A stretch of DNA of 64,000 nucleotides, taken from NCBI GenBank assembly GCA_951406725.2, contig OX597815.1:49972001-50036000 (forward strand), given 5' to 3'. The position numbers and the translations under genes were made by a program. Source of the DNA: Octopus vulgaris. Lineage: Eukaryota. Shown piece by piece: positions 1 to 13,061 of this stretch (positions are counted from its first letter, which is position 1; every line of letters starts with the position of its first letter). The notes under the pieces are model-generated. The model did not search any database and was not told the DNA's origin. It was given only the letters and a program-made list of their open reading frames with translations.

Positions 1-731
1 AAATATAACCACGTCAGGATTTGAACTCAGAACTTAAACATAGCTGTGACAAATACCATAAAACATTTGATCAAATGCTGAAATGAATCTGCCAATCCAC
101 TGCTTGTATGTGACAACAGAGTAAGGAAACATAAATTGACAAGACATTTTAGACCACTGGAATCATTTTTATCATCTGTCAACTGAAAAACAAATATGCT
201 TTCTACAGAAGAAATAAGAAATTTTGAGATGTCTTGGTTTCAAATTTTGGCACCATATAACAATGGTTTCAGACCAGTAATTTTCGAGGGTGGATGTAAC
301 TGGCACCTATTTCATCAACCCCAAAAGAACAAAAGGCAATGTTAACTGTGGCAGAATTTGAACTCAGAATGTAAAGATGGATGAAATGCTGCTAAGCATT
401 TTGCCTGGAGTGCTTGCAATTCTGACAGCTTGCTGTCTTATTACACTATATAATAATAAGACATGCACCAGTGCATGTGATACAACTGTCATAATGACCC
501 TCCCAAGACACAAGAGCAAATTATCTTTTGTGATCTTAAATATTAATATTCTTTTCTACTCTAAGCACAAGGCCTGAAATTTTGGGGGAAGCGGGGCAGT
601 CGATTAGTATGCAACTGGAACTTAATCTATTGAACCCGAAAGGATGAAAGGTAAAGTCGACCTCAGCAGAATTTGAACTCAGAACACAAAGACAGATGAC
701 TTAAAAGATAAATATTGGAAATGGTATGAAA

Positions 732-945
732 GTGGCCAGCTGGTAGAATTCTTAGCATGCTGGGCAAAATGTTTAGTGGTATTTTGTCCGTCTTTACATT
801 CTGAGTTCAAATTCCACCAAGGTCAAACTTGCCTTTCCTTCTTTTGAGAGTCAATAAAATAAGTACCAGTTGAGCCTTGGGGTTGATGTAATTGACTTAA
901 CCATATTTTCTGAACTTGCCTTGTACCAAAATTTGAAACCAATAT
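732..945 (+). mobile_element. SINE family B (more fragments at ~15-110, 230-440 and 550-700 on minus)
   Basis: GCTGGTAGAATT..GAGTTCAAATTCC..TAAAATAAGTACCAG. Confidence 0.8.
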
Positions 946-994
946 TAGAAATAGTAGATTATGAAATAAAAATTAACTATTTCCTATCTTGTAT

Positions 995-1400
995 CTTTTA
1001 CTTGTTTCAGTCATTGGGTTGTGGCCATGCTGGAGTACTACATCGAAGAGTTCTAGTAGAGCAACTCAAACCCAATATATATATATATTTGAAGCCTGGT
1101 ACTTATTCTATCAGTCATTTTGGCTGAACCACTAACCTACAGGGATGTGAACAAACCAATACTAGGTGGGCAGGCAGAGATAACAGACATAAAAAAGTGA
1201 TACATGCATATTTATATATATATATATATATATACAGCAGGCTTTTTTCAGCTTCAGCCACCAAATCCACTCACAAAGCTTTGGTCAACCCAGGGCTATA
1301 GTAGAAGACACTTGCCCAAAGTGACATGCAGTGGAACTGCACCTGGAAGCATGAAGTTGGGAAGAAAGTTTCTTAACACACAGCCATACCTGCTCCTGTA
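995..1400 (-). mobile_element. tRNA-derived CORE-like SINE, family A
   Basis: Matches the family A head (TGGCTGTGTGGTAAG..GGTTCAGTCCCACTGC..CCTTGGGCAAGTGTCTTCTACTATAGCC) and tail (CAGCATGGCC..GACTGAAACAAG). Confidence 0.8.
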
Positions 1401-1431
1401 TTCCATAATACTTTTAAAATTTGGCTTTATT

Positions 1432-1841
1432 CTTTTATTTGTTTCAGTCATTTGACTGCAGCCATGCTGGAGCACCACCTTTTAGTCAAGCAAATTGACC
1501 CCACGACTTATTCTCTGCAAGCCTCGTACTTATTCAGTCAGTCACTTTTGCCAAACCACTAAGTTACAAGGATGTAAACACACCAACATCAGTGGCAAGC
1601 AATGCTGGTGGAGCAAACACAGACACACAAGTATACACACACACACACACACTCACTCACACACACATATATATACGTGATGGGCTGCTTTCAGTTTTTG
1701 TCTACCAAATCCACTCACAAAGCTTTGGTCAGCCTGAGGCTATAGTAGAAGACACTTGCCCAAGGTGCTATGTAGTGGGAATGAACCCGGAACCATGTGG
1801 CTGGTAAGCAAGTTACTTACCACACAGCCACTCCTGTGCCT
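1432..1841 (-). mobile_element. SINE family A
   Basis: Same head, central (CA)/(TA) and tail. Confidence 0.85.
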
Positions 1842-1849
1842 GACTGTTG

Positions 1850-2105
1850 ATAATTATGATGACAATAGATGATGACAATGATGATGAAGGTGATGACGAT
1901 GGTGATGACAAATATGATGATGATAATGCAGATGACAGTGATGGTGGTAGAAGTTGTGGTGCAACTGTGGAGAGGATGATGATGATGATGATAATGATGA
2001 TGATGATGATGGGGCAGTGGTGTACGACATTGGTAGGGAGAGGAAAATAAGGAAGAGGACAACGATGGCAACAATGACGATAACAACAACAGCAACAACA
2101 ACAAC
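1850..2105. repeat. (GAT)n/(CAA)n trinucleotide mosaic
   Basis: Direct reading; explains the poly-D/poly-H pseudo-ORFs. Confidence 0.9.
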
Positions 2106-2374
2106 AGATGAATTAAGCTGCCCATCAATAATATAGTCCATTACTTACCTCCTTATTATCTCCTTTACTCATGATTTATTCAAAACTGTTTTGAGTGATT
2201 CTTAAATCATTGTTCTTGAATCAATATTATTACTTTCATTAACTCGTTTCCAGTTTTCCATAGCTTAATGAATAGACTGGGTAAATATCTAATCAAGGTT
2301 TTTTTTGGATTATGTATTTCCAGAAACCTCAAAACTTTCGCTTTTACTCAGTAGGATCTATTCTTATTCTTTTA

Positions 2375-2770
2375 TATTTTACTCATTTCAGTCATAAGAC
2401 TTAGGCCATGCTGGTGCACCATCTAGAAGAATCTTTTAGTCAAGCGAATTGACTCCAGTACTTATTGTTTTAAAGATTGGCACTTATTTTATCGACCTCT
2501 TTTGCTGAACTGCTAAGTGATAAGGACGTAAACATCAGTTAAAAAGCAGAGGTGAGGGACAAACACAGACACAATGACATACACATGGACACACACACAC
2601 ATACTCACACATACACGACAGGCTTCTTTCAGTTTCCATCTACTAAATCCACTCACAAGGATTTGGTCAGCCTGAGGTGATAGTAGAAAAAACTTGTCCA
2701 AGATGCCATGTATTGGGACTGAACCCAGAACCATGTGGTTAGGAATTAAACTTCTTACCACACAGCCACA
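2375..2770 (-). mobile_element. SINE family A
   Basis: Same head and tail motifs. Confidence 0.8.
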
Positions 2771-2782
2771 CTTATATATATA

Positions 2783-3207
2783 TCATCATCATCATCGTTT
2801 AACGTCTGCCTTCTATGTAGCATGAGTTGGACGATTTTGACTGAGGGCTGGCGAACCAGATGGCTGCACCAGGCTCCAATTTTTATCTGGCAGAGTTTCT
2901 ACAGCTGGATGCCCTTCCTAACGCCAACCACTCCAAGAGTGTAGTGGGTGCTTTTTATGTGCCACTGGCATGGGGCCAGTCAGGCAGTACTGGCAACGAT
3001 CACGCTCAGATGGTGCTCTTGGCACCCTACTAGCACAGGAACAAGTGTCAGTAAAGCAACGCTAGTAATGATCACACTTGAATGGTGCCTTTTATGTGCC
3101 ACTGGCATGGAAGCCGGTCAGCTGCACTGTCAACGATCACATTCATATGGTGCTCTTTGCACCCTGCTAGCACGAATGCCAGTCATCGAATTTCATTTTG
3201 ATTTTGA
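2783..3207 (-). mobile_element. Older RTE-related 3' end
   Basis: (CAT)n-CGTTTAACGTC tail, CAGCTGGATGCCCTTCCTAACGCCAACCACTCC core, and diverged repeat units. Confidence 0.8.
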
Positions 3208-3346
3208 TTATATATATATATATATATTTATAACAATTTTACCAGAAATCTTAATGTGTTCTAATGTACACTGAATAATATATAGTCTATTGTATATATG
3301 TATATATATATTCATACATACATACGCATTATATACATACATACAC

Positions 3347-3387
<41 letters not shown>

Positions 3388-3388
<1 letters not shown>

Positions 3389-4038
3389 TAGCTACATAGC
3401 CCATTGTTGCCAGGTAATTTTTACAATAGAACGTCTTATATAAATTTTTATTTATTCCATACCAGAGCATGGCTTCCTCAACAGATAGGCCACTTGATCG
3501 GGACAGATTTGTGCAAGTTTTTGCCACAAAACTGTTGATTTTTTTCCTTTTTAAATTATTTACATGTCTGTTCAACCATTTCACATGACTTTATTCATTG
3601 AAACCTCAGAAGTTTTTGAAACTTTGGTTGTCATCATGCTTTATTCACGTTTGTTTAATAAAAACTCATCCTCCTAATAATTTTGCTTTCATTTCATGAT
3701 AGACAGCTATCATGCCAAAAATGACATGAGTCATGTAGAAAAGGCCAGATTCCAAATCCTGTTTTCTGATTGAGTAAAATTCATTAGACTTTAAACTTCA
3801 GTAACATTTCTGCAATTTTTCTGGAACAAATAAATAACAAAATTGGATTTAAAGTGGAAAATTATTTCAATATACCAACTTTGGAAATTTTGACGTAATT
3901 TTAAAATCTCACCATATTTGACAGGGAAGACCCTACAAAAGTAGAGAGACAGACAGTTACGGGACATCACACACACACACACACACACATTTACAAACAC
4001 ACACAGGTAATCATGAGTTTAAAATGGTGTATAGGAGA
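3388..4038 (-). mobile_element. Non-autonomous Helitron (older)
   Basis: Minus strand 3' end CCTGGCAACAATGGGCTATGTAGCTAG^T (decayed hairpin plus CTAG) and 5' end A^TCTCCTATA; flanked by TA-rich repeats. Confidence 0.6.
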
Positions 4039-4424
4039 TATGTATGTATATATGTACGTATGTGCGTATGTATGTATATATTATGTATGTGTGTGTGAGT
4101 GCTTCTTTGTGATGGACAGTAGAAAAGCCGCCTACCCCCTCCTTCCTTAAAGCTACATATTCCTCACATCCACTTTTATGTGTGTGTTGTATCTATGTAT
4201 TTACAAAGTATGTATGCAGTGTCGTGTGTATATGACAGCTATATTAATGTTACATCCCATTGCCACAACTGTTCTCACCTTCACTGATATAAGTCACCCT
4301 CTCTCTGTTACTACTTTTCCCTCAGACTAATACTTTTTGCAACCTTCTCATGTTATCATATAATTCGCCCAATGTCCCTGGGATGTGCATTATAGATTTT
4401 TTTGAAATCTGATCTGGCAAAGTT

Positions 4425-4835
4425 TCTACAGCTGGATGCCCTTCCTAATGGCAACCACTCTGAGAGTGTAGTGGATGTGCTTTTTACGTGCCACCGGCAC
4501 GAGGACCATTCTGGCAATGACCATGCTCAAAAGGTGTTTTTATATGCTACCTGCATGGGAGCCAGTCTGGTGGCACTGGCAATGACCACACTCAAATACT
4601 TTTTTCATGTGCCACCAGCACATGTGCTAGTAAGGTGACGCTGGCAACGATCACGCTGTAACAGTGCTTTTCACATGTCACTGGCATGAGAGCCAATCCG
4701 TGGCCCTGGCAATGAACACACTCAGATATGCTTCTTTTAACATTCAACTGGCACGAGTGCCAATCAGGCGGTACTGTCATCGGTCATGCCAGCGATTTTG
4801 ATTTATTTTCACTTGCCTCAATAGGTCTTCACAAG
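4425..4835 (-). mobile_element. Older RTE-related 3' UTR fragment
   Basis: Same GGATGCCCTTCCTAA core, diverged repeat units, and TCACTTGCCTCAA..GGTCTTCACAAG. Confidence 0.75.
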
Positions 4836-4954
4836 CATAGAGGAGCTCCCAGAGGCATCCATATATATATATATATATTGTTAATGAGAGAGAGACAGTA
4901 GGTATGAGAAATTTTATTAATCACTACAATTGTTTCAACCATATATACAATCGG

Positions 4955-5100
4955 TGTCTTTCAATTTCCATCAACCAAATCCACTCACAAGGCTTCGGTA
5001 AGCCTGAGGCTATAGTAGAAGACATTTGCCCAAGGTGCCATGCAGTAGGACTGAACCTGGAACCATGTGGTTAGGAGGTAAACTTTTTACCACACAACCA
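4955..5100 (-). mobile_element. SINE family A, head half
   Basis: AAATCCACTCACAAGGCTT..CCCAAGGTGCCATGCAGTAGGACTGAACC. Confidence 0.75.
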
Positions 5101-6923
5101 GGCATAAATGTCATCTTAGTATCCAAAGTGACTATCACTTATACTTAGAGAAAAATAAAACCAGTAAACATATCAGTTATTAAGTTCTCATATAAAATTG
5201 TTACTTTGCATTGTCTCTTTAATTATCAATTTAATTATCAAATGGTTATATTGTAACTATTTCAGCTGATTGGCTGTAAATGGAAAACCTAATTAATGAG
5301 ACATCAGTTTCAATGAAAGATGATAAAAATAAAGTACATCAAAATAATTAAGTATTCTATAAAAGGAAAGACTTTAAAAAACAAAACAAAAAAAAAGGCG
5401 GGATGTTTTTCAAATCACTATATGCGTATAACACTACAACAACAGTATCTCTTAAATAGCATTAAAAGGAACAGCTTGAATAAGTTTCTACTTAGTATGT
5501 GATTGTCTCATAAAAAAACGTTTGTATATATGTTTATATATATATATATATAAAACATATTCTCTATATAAAATAGTGTGTGTGTATATATATATGCATG
5601 CATATGTGCATATATGTATGTATACATACACACACATATGCATATGTGCATATATGTATGTACACACACACACATATATACATGTGTGCATATATGTATA
5701 TATGCATATACATACAAATGTATGTATGTATGAAGCACAGTAAGTGATAAACAGCTGTATGCACAATTAACTCAAACCATTACTGACAGAAAACCTACTG
5801 CTGCTTGCTGGCACCTGGGTTCTTTTAAACATAAGCCATTTTCACTCTTGTCAAAATAAAATAATCATCAAAAATAAATGCCATATTTGAACTATTACTG
5901 TTTCAAATTAATAGTACACACAACTCATGTGTCTTCAAACAGTGTCATAACAGTCAAATATCTTGTAATTTGACAGTTCAAAAGTATGAATTGGTATGCC
6001 ACAAAGAAGAGGGGAAGTTTAAGATTTCAGGCAGCACCCTTCATCCATTAATTGTCGACACAAACCCCTGCTAGTTTTCTCAGATCCTACTATTTACTAT
6101 GGCAATTTGACAGTTATAGCTTTAACTTGTTTTAATTCTTTAGACCAAATATGAGGAGTAAGTCCCTATTAGACTTTTCAGATGCTTCAGAGTGGTGAGT
6201 TTAATGTAACTGAGACTCAGCATGGACTTCAGATGTTTGTTATTGATGTAGAAAATATGTTCCCAGAAAGAGAGAGAGAGAGATAGAAAAAGAGACTGAC
6301 AGTCAGAGACAACAATCAGACAGAGGAAGTGTAAGTAAGTGTAGTATGGAGTGCACGTGTTTCACATTGTTGCTCTCTGGTGACAGACCATGCAGATTTT
6401 CACACAATATTACTGCACATTAGTGTCAAGTTCTAGTCTAGTAATGGCCTTCCCTTGCACTGGTTCTGTGCATGTGAATCTTCTCTAGCATGACTTGGGA
6501 AGGACTTGTACCATCCCTTGGAACTTCGGTTACCAGGCTTAGATTCAGATGACTGCTGGAGTGACTTCCATTGCCTTCTCTGGGCAATGGGATTTGAACT
6601 CAGAATGTAGAAAGCCAGAAGATATGCAATAAAATACTTCTGCTGAAGTGCCAATAATTCTGTCACTCTCCACCCTGCAGAGCAATGAGAAATGAAGTGT
6701 TTTTCTCAAGAATACAATGCACCATCTGGTCCAGGAATTGAAATCACAATCGAGTGATTGTGAGTGCAACACCCTAACCATTAGGTGATGTACTTACACT
6801 AAAGCCAAGTCCATGAGGTGAAATATGACTGAAAATACTGTCTATTTTGGATAAATGCACAGGGAAGGACCTGGTGTTGGTGTGATACCTGACAAAATTA
6901 TGTACTTCATTGATCTTAGAATG

Positions 6924-7002
<79 letters not shown>

Positions 7003-8261
7003 CATGATGCAATGGGTAAATTGTCGCCATTTTATATTTTTAATTTTGCTTATGCAGATTGTTTTTGATTTTGTATAGTGGGGAGGTTGGGCACCATCTG
7101 TGAGAAAACCAGCACCATGGCACAATTCACTCACCAGAAACTTGGAAACAACATGCTGTACTGTTTGGCATTCATGGGAGAAGCTCCAATATGAACATTT
7201 CAGAGTGTTTGGGTGTCAATCTGAAGACAGTGCAGAGGATTTGGAAAGAGTTGGATGAGTCTAATGGTGATTATGAAGGTATGGCAGCTTGGAAAACTCA
7301 CTCTGATCGTTCTGATAAGAAAAGAACTCCTGAATCTGTTGGTGAGATCAAGCCCATGATTGACAACAATCCCCCCAAGACAATCAGATCTATCACCAGA
7401 GACAGGGGAGTGTCTGAGTTTCTTATCAGGCAGGTAGTACATGAAGACATTCAGTATCCCTCATACAAGGTGAGAAAGGGCTAATTTTTAGCCCAAACCA
7501 TCAAAGACAAGAGGAAAGATTGAGTTACAAAGCTTTTGAACAAACTCAAGCATTCTTTCCAACTGAACCTGCTTTGGTTTTTCTCAGAGAAAAGTTTCTG
7601 CCAGGAACAGATGGTGAACACACAGAACAACCATTGGCTTGCTGTGTCCCCAAAACATATACCAAAAGTGCTAAAAATCAAACATCCAGTCAACATCATG
7701 ATGTTTGGAGTGATCACTAGTGATGGAGATGTTATTCCACCATTTATCTTCCCACAAGGCCTCACATGCAACATGGAGGCCTACTTCAAGTGCCTGGGGG
7801 AGGTAGTACTGCCCTGGGTCAAGAGGGTGACTGCTGGAGCACTCTATGTCTGGCAACAGGACTCTATACCATGCCGCACAAGTAGAAGAACCCAGTCATG
7901 GCTGTCAGACAATTTTTGCGACCACATCACCCCTAACATCTGGCCACCTAACTCCCCAGACTGCAAGCCCCTTGATTATTATGTGTGGGGCATCCTTGTG
8001 ACATCAAAGATGAGCTGAAGGCAAGGATTATGGCAGCATTCACCAACTTAAACAAAGAAATTGTTCAGAAGAGTTGAAAGAGATTCCAAAGTCGTCCGGA
8101 GGCCGCGGTTGAAGCCAATGGCGATTTTATTAAATAAATTTACTCTTTTCAGTATTTCAAGATATTTTTATGTAATTTTGGTAAATATATCTATTAAAAT
8201 GAGATGTCAATGTTATTTTCATTTTTATGTAACTTAGATGACAGTTTATTCACCGCACCTG
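7003..8261 (+). mobile_element. Tc1/mariner-superfamily transposon, DD37D (maT-type), decayed
   Basis: HTH-like ORF 7191..7484. Catalytic ORF has FSEKSF, VWQQD and WPPNSPDCKPLDYYVWG, with 37 residues between the 2nd and 3rd D. Degenerate TIRs (CATGATGCAATGGGTAAATTGTC / GACAGTTTATTCACCGCACCTG) follow a (TA)n run. Confidence 0.85.
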
Positions 8262-8298
8262 CTCTGTGTGTGTGTGTGTGTGTGTGTGTATACACATA

Positions 8299-8606
8299 GA
8301 GGCGCAATGGCCAAGTGGTTAGGGCAGCGGACTCATGGTCAGAGGATCGTGGTTTCGATTCCCAGACCGGGTGTTGTGTGTGTTTATTGAGCGAAAACAC
8401 CTAAAAGCTCCACGAGGCTCTGGCAGGGGGTGGTGGTGAACCCTGTTGTACTTTTTTGCCACAACTTTCTCTCACTCTCTCTTCCTGTTTCTTGAGTAAC
8501 GCTGTGATAGACTGGCATCCCGTCCAGCTGGGGGGAACACATACGCCACAGAAACCGGGAAACCAGGCCCATGAGCCTGGCTAGGCTTGAAAAGAGCGAC
8601 GTTTAT
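8299..8606 (+). mobile_element. tRNA-derived SINE family C (tail type 1)
   Basis: GAGGCGCAATGGCCAAGTGGTTAGGGCAGCGGACTC..GGTTTCGATTCCCAGACC. Confidence 0.88.
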
Positions 8607-10083
8607 CATTTTATATACACACACACACACATATATATATATTAAAGGACATCAATGATATTTCAAAATGTCCGTTTCTACAGCTTTTTCAATAATTCTT
8701 ATGTAACATCAAAATAACAATTATAATCATACAATTATACAGCAAGTAAAAATCATGCCATCAATGATCTTAAGAAATAAAATTACAAAATTCAAATTGA
8801 CTTTTATATAAGTTGAAGAGTCAAAGCTAAAATCAAGTAAAGAAGAAAAACAAGAAGTAAAAGAAGGAGAGAGAGATAAAGAGGGAAAAAAGGAAGAAAC
8901 TAAAAAATGAAAAGTATGGAAATAAAGAATAAGAATAATGATTTTAAAGTTGGTCATTGGAAAATTATAGCCTATAAACCAGGCAAGCCATCTAGATTAT
9001 ATCTCAGTTTATTTTGTAGTCTAATGTGACGTTGGTGGGTTTAAACAAGCGTAGAGGCTAAATTCAGTACAGCCATAAAGCAAGAAATGAGAGATAAGAT
9101 TATGGGACATCAAAGAACTCTAATACAGAGACAAATTTATAGACATCCTTATGAACGCATATCAACACAGCTATATATACATATGTATACATTTATCATC
9201 GTTAACTTATATATACATATATCACACACACAAACACACACTCTTACAGATACACATAGAAAATTTGGGGCTAAAATGATGATTATGATATATATACATA
9301 CAAATTAATGAATGACATTGATGGCTCTGAAGAAGCTATATAATGTTGCATGGATATTCAGCTCTGAGTACGCCACTTCTTATAGCAGAAACTTTAGTAA
9401 ACTAATGAAGGTGTATTTGTGATGCCATTTCATTTGTCCTTGATTAGTTAATTTTACTCTCTGTAACTACCTAATGCCTTACTCTAAAGCACAAGTATAT
9501 TCAGTTCTAACAACTGGTTATTTGCATTGCTATGCCAAAGTGAAATTCTTATATACATATCATCTCCTTCCTCATCATCATTTAACATCTATTTTCCATG
9601 CAGGCATGAGTTCGATAGTTTGACCAGAGCTGGCAAGCAGAAGACCTACAGCAGGTTCCAGTCTGATTTGGCTAGCTTCTATGGTTGGACACCCAACCTG
9701 ATGCCAACCACGTTATAAGATATACTGGATGCTTCTTATATGCCACAAGCACAGGTGCTTTTACATGATACTGGCATACATAACATCACACTGGTCATGT
9801 AATACATCCCTTACAATCACTGTTTGGTCACAGAATATTCTTTCATCTGCTTGCTATAACTCTCTTTCTCCCTCTCTACCTCTACCACTCTCTCTTTTTC
9901 TCTACCTCTCCCTCTTTCTTGCTATTTGTCTTTCTTCTTTCAATTGTAAGTTTTGTTGTTGACTTCTTTCTCCCTGTACTTGTATTTCTCATTATTTCCA
10001 GATGCCTTTCACATTCCTCCAATCTTTTTATCAGTTTTGAAACATACATACTCACACTTACATAGACACATCCATTTTTAAAT

Positions 10084-10113
<30 letters not shown>

Positions 10114-10118
<5 letters not shown>

Positions 10119-10647
10119 TAATTTAGAGTATCTAAGAGATACCACCACACTGGAAATAGCAGCTAAAACTTGACTCTAAAACCATATTAAATGTTCATAC
10201 AGTACCAGGAGTAACGCCTTCGCACTACTCTGTATTGACAGATGCCACGACAATGACCTTACCTAAACACCTGGTGTATTTGGGTGGGATGATGCCACCA
10301 GGACTGCCAAGTAGCCATACTGTCCCAGGATCGATGCTGGTGCAGATCCGCAGCAACAAGTTATGGGCCGGCACCAAATTGGTTGGCTTGTACCCAAGGG
10401 CAGTCCTGACCATGACCAATCCCACAGGGTGGGCTTTCGCTCGACTCGGGATGACCCACTGGTACTGTATGAACATTTAATGTGATTTCAAGTCAAGTTT
10501 TGACTGCTATTCCCTGCGTGGTGGTATCTCTTAGATACCCTAAATTATAATTTTAATAATAGTTATTACCTTTGAAGGTTTTTATTCCCATACTGGCCAC
10601 CTGATAAGATCGGTATTTAAATAACAATCGTATCCTTATTTATATAA

Positions 10648-10650
<3 letters not shown>
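10114..10650. mobile_element. Fold-back element: ~95-bp inverted arms, 250-bp GC-richer spacer, ~100-bp one-sided extension
   Basis: 10114-10208 matches the reverse complement of 10459-10552; (TA)n on both sides. Confidence 0.75.
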
Positions 10651-10724
<74 letters not shown>

Positions 10725-11731
10725 TATTGTTATATTTCGGAATGGTCATATTGCCAGTTTAGCCAATAAAAACACACGCACTATATATTTGGTGTTATTT
10801 TGCTTCAGTGATATTTATTTTTTACATTAATCTTAATCTTATTTCGGCCAAAGTTCTTTCGTCACACTCCTGTGACCGCATCAGTGGTCCTTTGTTTTCT
10901 TCTCACTTACTTGTGTCTCTCCTTACTAACCGTCAGCCATTTTGTATTTCTATTGTATGTCTTCATTTGCGCATGCTTATATCTCTATGTGCGTCTATGT
11001 TTATTTAGTGTGTGGGGGGGGGATGCCTGTAATATTTGTATCTTCTGGTTATATACATTCTTGTAATTTGTATTTTGTTTTTGTTGTTGTTGCTTTTGTT
11101 CTAATTTTATTCATGTGTTTACATCCACCCATTATTATCATTACATATGCTTGTATGTATGTATAACAACAATATTAGTAATAATAATAATAAATCTAAT
11201 CGAGAAAAAAAAAAAAAAAAAAAAGAATATACATATACATATATATATATATACATACATATACATATACATATATATATATATATATATACATATATAC
11301 ACACATATATACACATATACATATATATACACATATACATATATATAGATATTCATTTCTATTTCTTTAATTACCTGTGTATTTATTATGTTTGCAGGAT
11401 CCACTATTGTCATATGTTGTGGTGTGCGCTATTGCTCCATTCTAGTTTTCTATTCAGGCTAGGTTTATTTTCTATTATATGTGTAGCTTCTGTAATTTGT
11501 CTAATTGTTGCATCTGTTCTATGTGTGGACAATATCTTAATCTCTATGTTATTGATTGATCCCCCGTGTTCTTGTTCGGCGTGTTGGTACAGAATCGATG
11601 AGCTTTTACCTTCCTTGAGTTGTCTCCAATGTTCATTCACCCGCTCACCAATGCTTCTTGCAGTTTCCCCTACGTATGTTACTGTCTTGTTACTGCATCG
11701 TCCCTCTATACATCTTATACTATAGACCACA

Positions 11732-12315
11732 AAATAAGGAAGGCCAACTCTTGGTATGATAGCCATAAATACCAGAGTGTCATGTTCGTTGACACCACCC
11801 CTGGAGGTGAACTAGCGTACCGCTTTAGAAGGACCCTAGATAAACTTAAACTAAGAATTAAGGTTGTTGAAAAGCCAGGCAACCCTATCAGATCTATAAT
11901 TGGTAGAACCTATCCTTTTAGTAGAACTCTCTGTACGGATAACTATTGCACTGTATGTAGATTTAGCCCACAAACGAACTGTAAAGCCAGAAATGTGGTC
12001 TATAGTATAAGATGTATAGAGGGACGATGCAGTAACAAGACAGTAACATACGTAGGGGAAACTGCAAGAAGCATTGGTGAGCGGGTGAATGAACATTGGA
12101 GACAACTCAAGGAAGGTAAAAGCTCATCGATTCTGTACCAACACGCCGAACAAGAACACGGGGGATCAATCAATAACATAGAGATTAAGATATTGTCCAC
12201 ACATAGAACAGATGCAACAATTAGACAAATTACAGAAGCTACACATATAATAGAAAATAAACCTAGCCTGAATAGAAAACTAGAATGGAGCAATAGCGCA
12301 CACCACAACATATGA
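11732..12315 (+). CDS. C-terminal fragment of PLE ORF: Cys-rich linker plus GIY-YIG endonuclease (RT lost by truncation)
   Basis: CTDNYCTVC...[10 protein letters not shown]...C...[16 protein letters not shown]...LYQHAEQEH...RQITEA...LNRKLEW shows the GIY-YIG motifs (VVY..YVG, R, E, N) with the PLE Cys/His residues. The N-terminal part of listed ORF 11620..12315 comes from the inverted arm and is not real. Confidence 0.88.
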
Positions 12316-12834
12316 CAATAGTGGATCCTGCAAACATAATAAATACACAGGTAATTAAAGAAATAGAAATGAATATCTATATATATGTATATGTGTATAT
12401 ATATGTATATGTGTATATATGTGTGTATATATGTATATATATATATATATATATGTATATGTATATGTATGTATATATATATATATGTATATGTATATTC
12501 TTTTTTTTTTTTTTTTTTTTCTCGATTAGATTTATTATTATTATTACTAATATTGTTGTTATACATACATACAAGCATATGTAATGATAATAATGGGTGG
12601 ATGTAAACACATGAATAAAATTAGAACAAAAGCAACAACAACAAAAACAAAATACAAATTACAAGAATGTATATAACCAGAAGATACAAATATTACAGGC
12701 ATCCCCCCCCCACACACTAAATAAACATAGACGCACATAGAGATATAAGCATGCGCAAATGAAGACATACAATAGAAATACAAAATGGCTGACGGTTAGT
12801 AAGGAGAGACACAAGTAAGTGAGAAGAAAACAAA

Positions 12835-12879
12835 GGACCACTGATGCGGTCACAGGAGTGTGACGAAAGAACTTTGGCC
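12835..12879 (+). ncRNA. Hammerhead-ribozyme-like motif (type I, variant core) in PLE pseudo-LTR; mirror copy at about 10846-10890 (-)
   Basis: GGACCA-CUGAUGC-G-GUCACA(GGAG)UGUGAC-GAAA-G(AA)C-UU-UGGCC. Stem II is a perfect 6 bp, stem I pairs GGACCA with UGGCC, and A9 is replaced by C. Confidence 0.55.
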
Positions 12880-13061
12880 GAAATAAGATTAAGATTAATG
12901 TAAAAAATAAATATCACTGAAGCAAAATAACACCAAATATATAGTGCGTGTGTTTTTATTGGCTAAACTGGCAATATGACCATTCCGAAATATAACAATA
13001 TCTGTTTCAACACACGACTTCACATAAAAAATCTTGCACAACAAATATTTAAACGTATATA

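Larger units (their letters stand above)
10724..13055 (+). mobile_element. Penelope-like retroelement (PLE), 5'-truncated, with an inverted copy of its 3' part upstream
   Basis: Arms 10724-11731 and 11994-13001 are reverse complements (the ORF track mirrors exactly). Spacer is 262 bp, and a ~55-nt unpaired 3' extension follows the right arm. The direct repeat TATATATTCATAT at 10715-10727 and 13056-13068 looks like a TSD. Flanked by (TA)n. Encodes a GIY-YIG domain. Confidence 0.9.

Noticed and set aside
5488-5766. YIYI/CVCV/THTH/poly-H/poly-N ORFs here and throughout the window
   Set aside because: These are translations of microsatellites.
8299-8372. tRNA genes at SINE heads (also 14508, 49638, 51317)
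   Set aside because: A and B boxes are present, but there is no proper cloverleaf and each continues into a SINE body.
10597-10635. Hammerhead in the extension of the 10.1-kb element (CTGATAA-GATCGGTATTTAAATAACAATC-GTAT)
   Set aside because: Both core segments are altered and there is no stem I partner.
11410-11766. Second GIY-YIG gene on the minus strand
   Set aside because: It is only the inverted arm of the same PLE.
12316-12830. SECIS element or selenoprotein coding, as known for some Naiad PLEs
   Set aside because: There is no in-frame UGA in the retained ORF, and the only AUGA..GA candidate (~12759-12792) has too short a helix. A SECISearch run on full-length copies would settle it.
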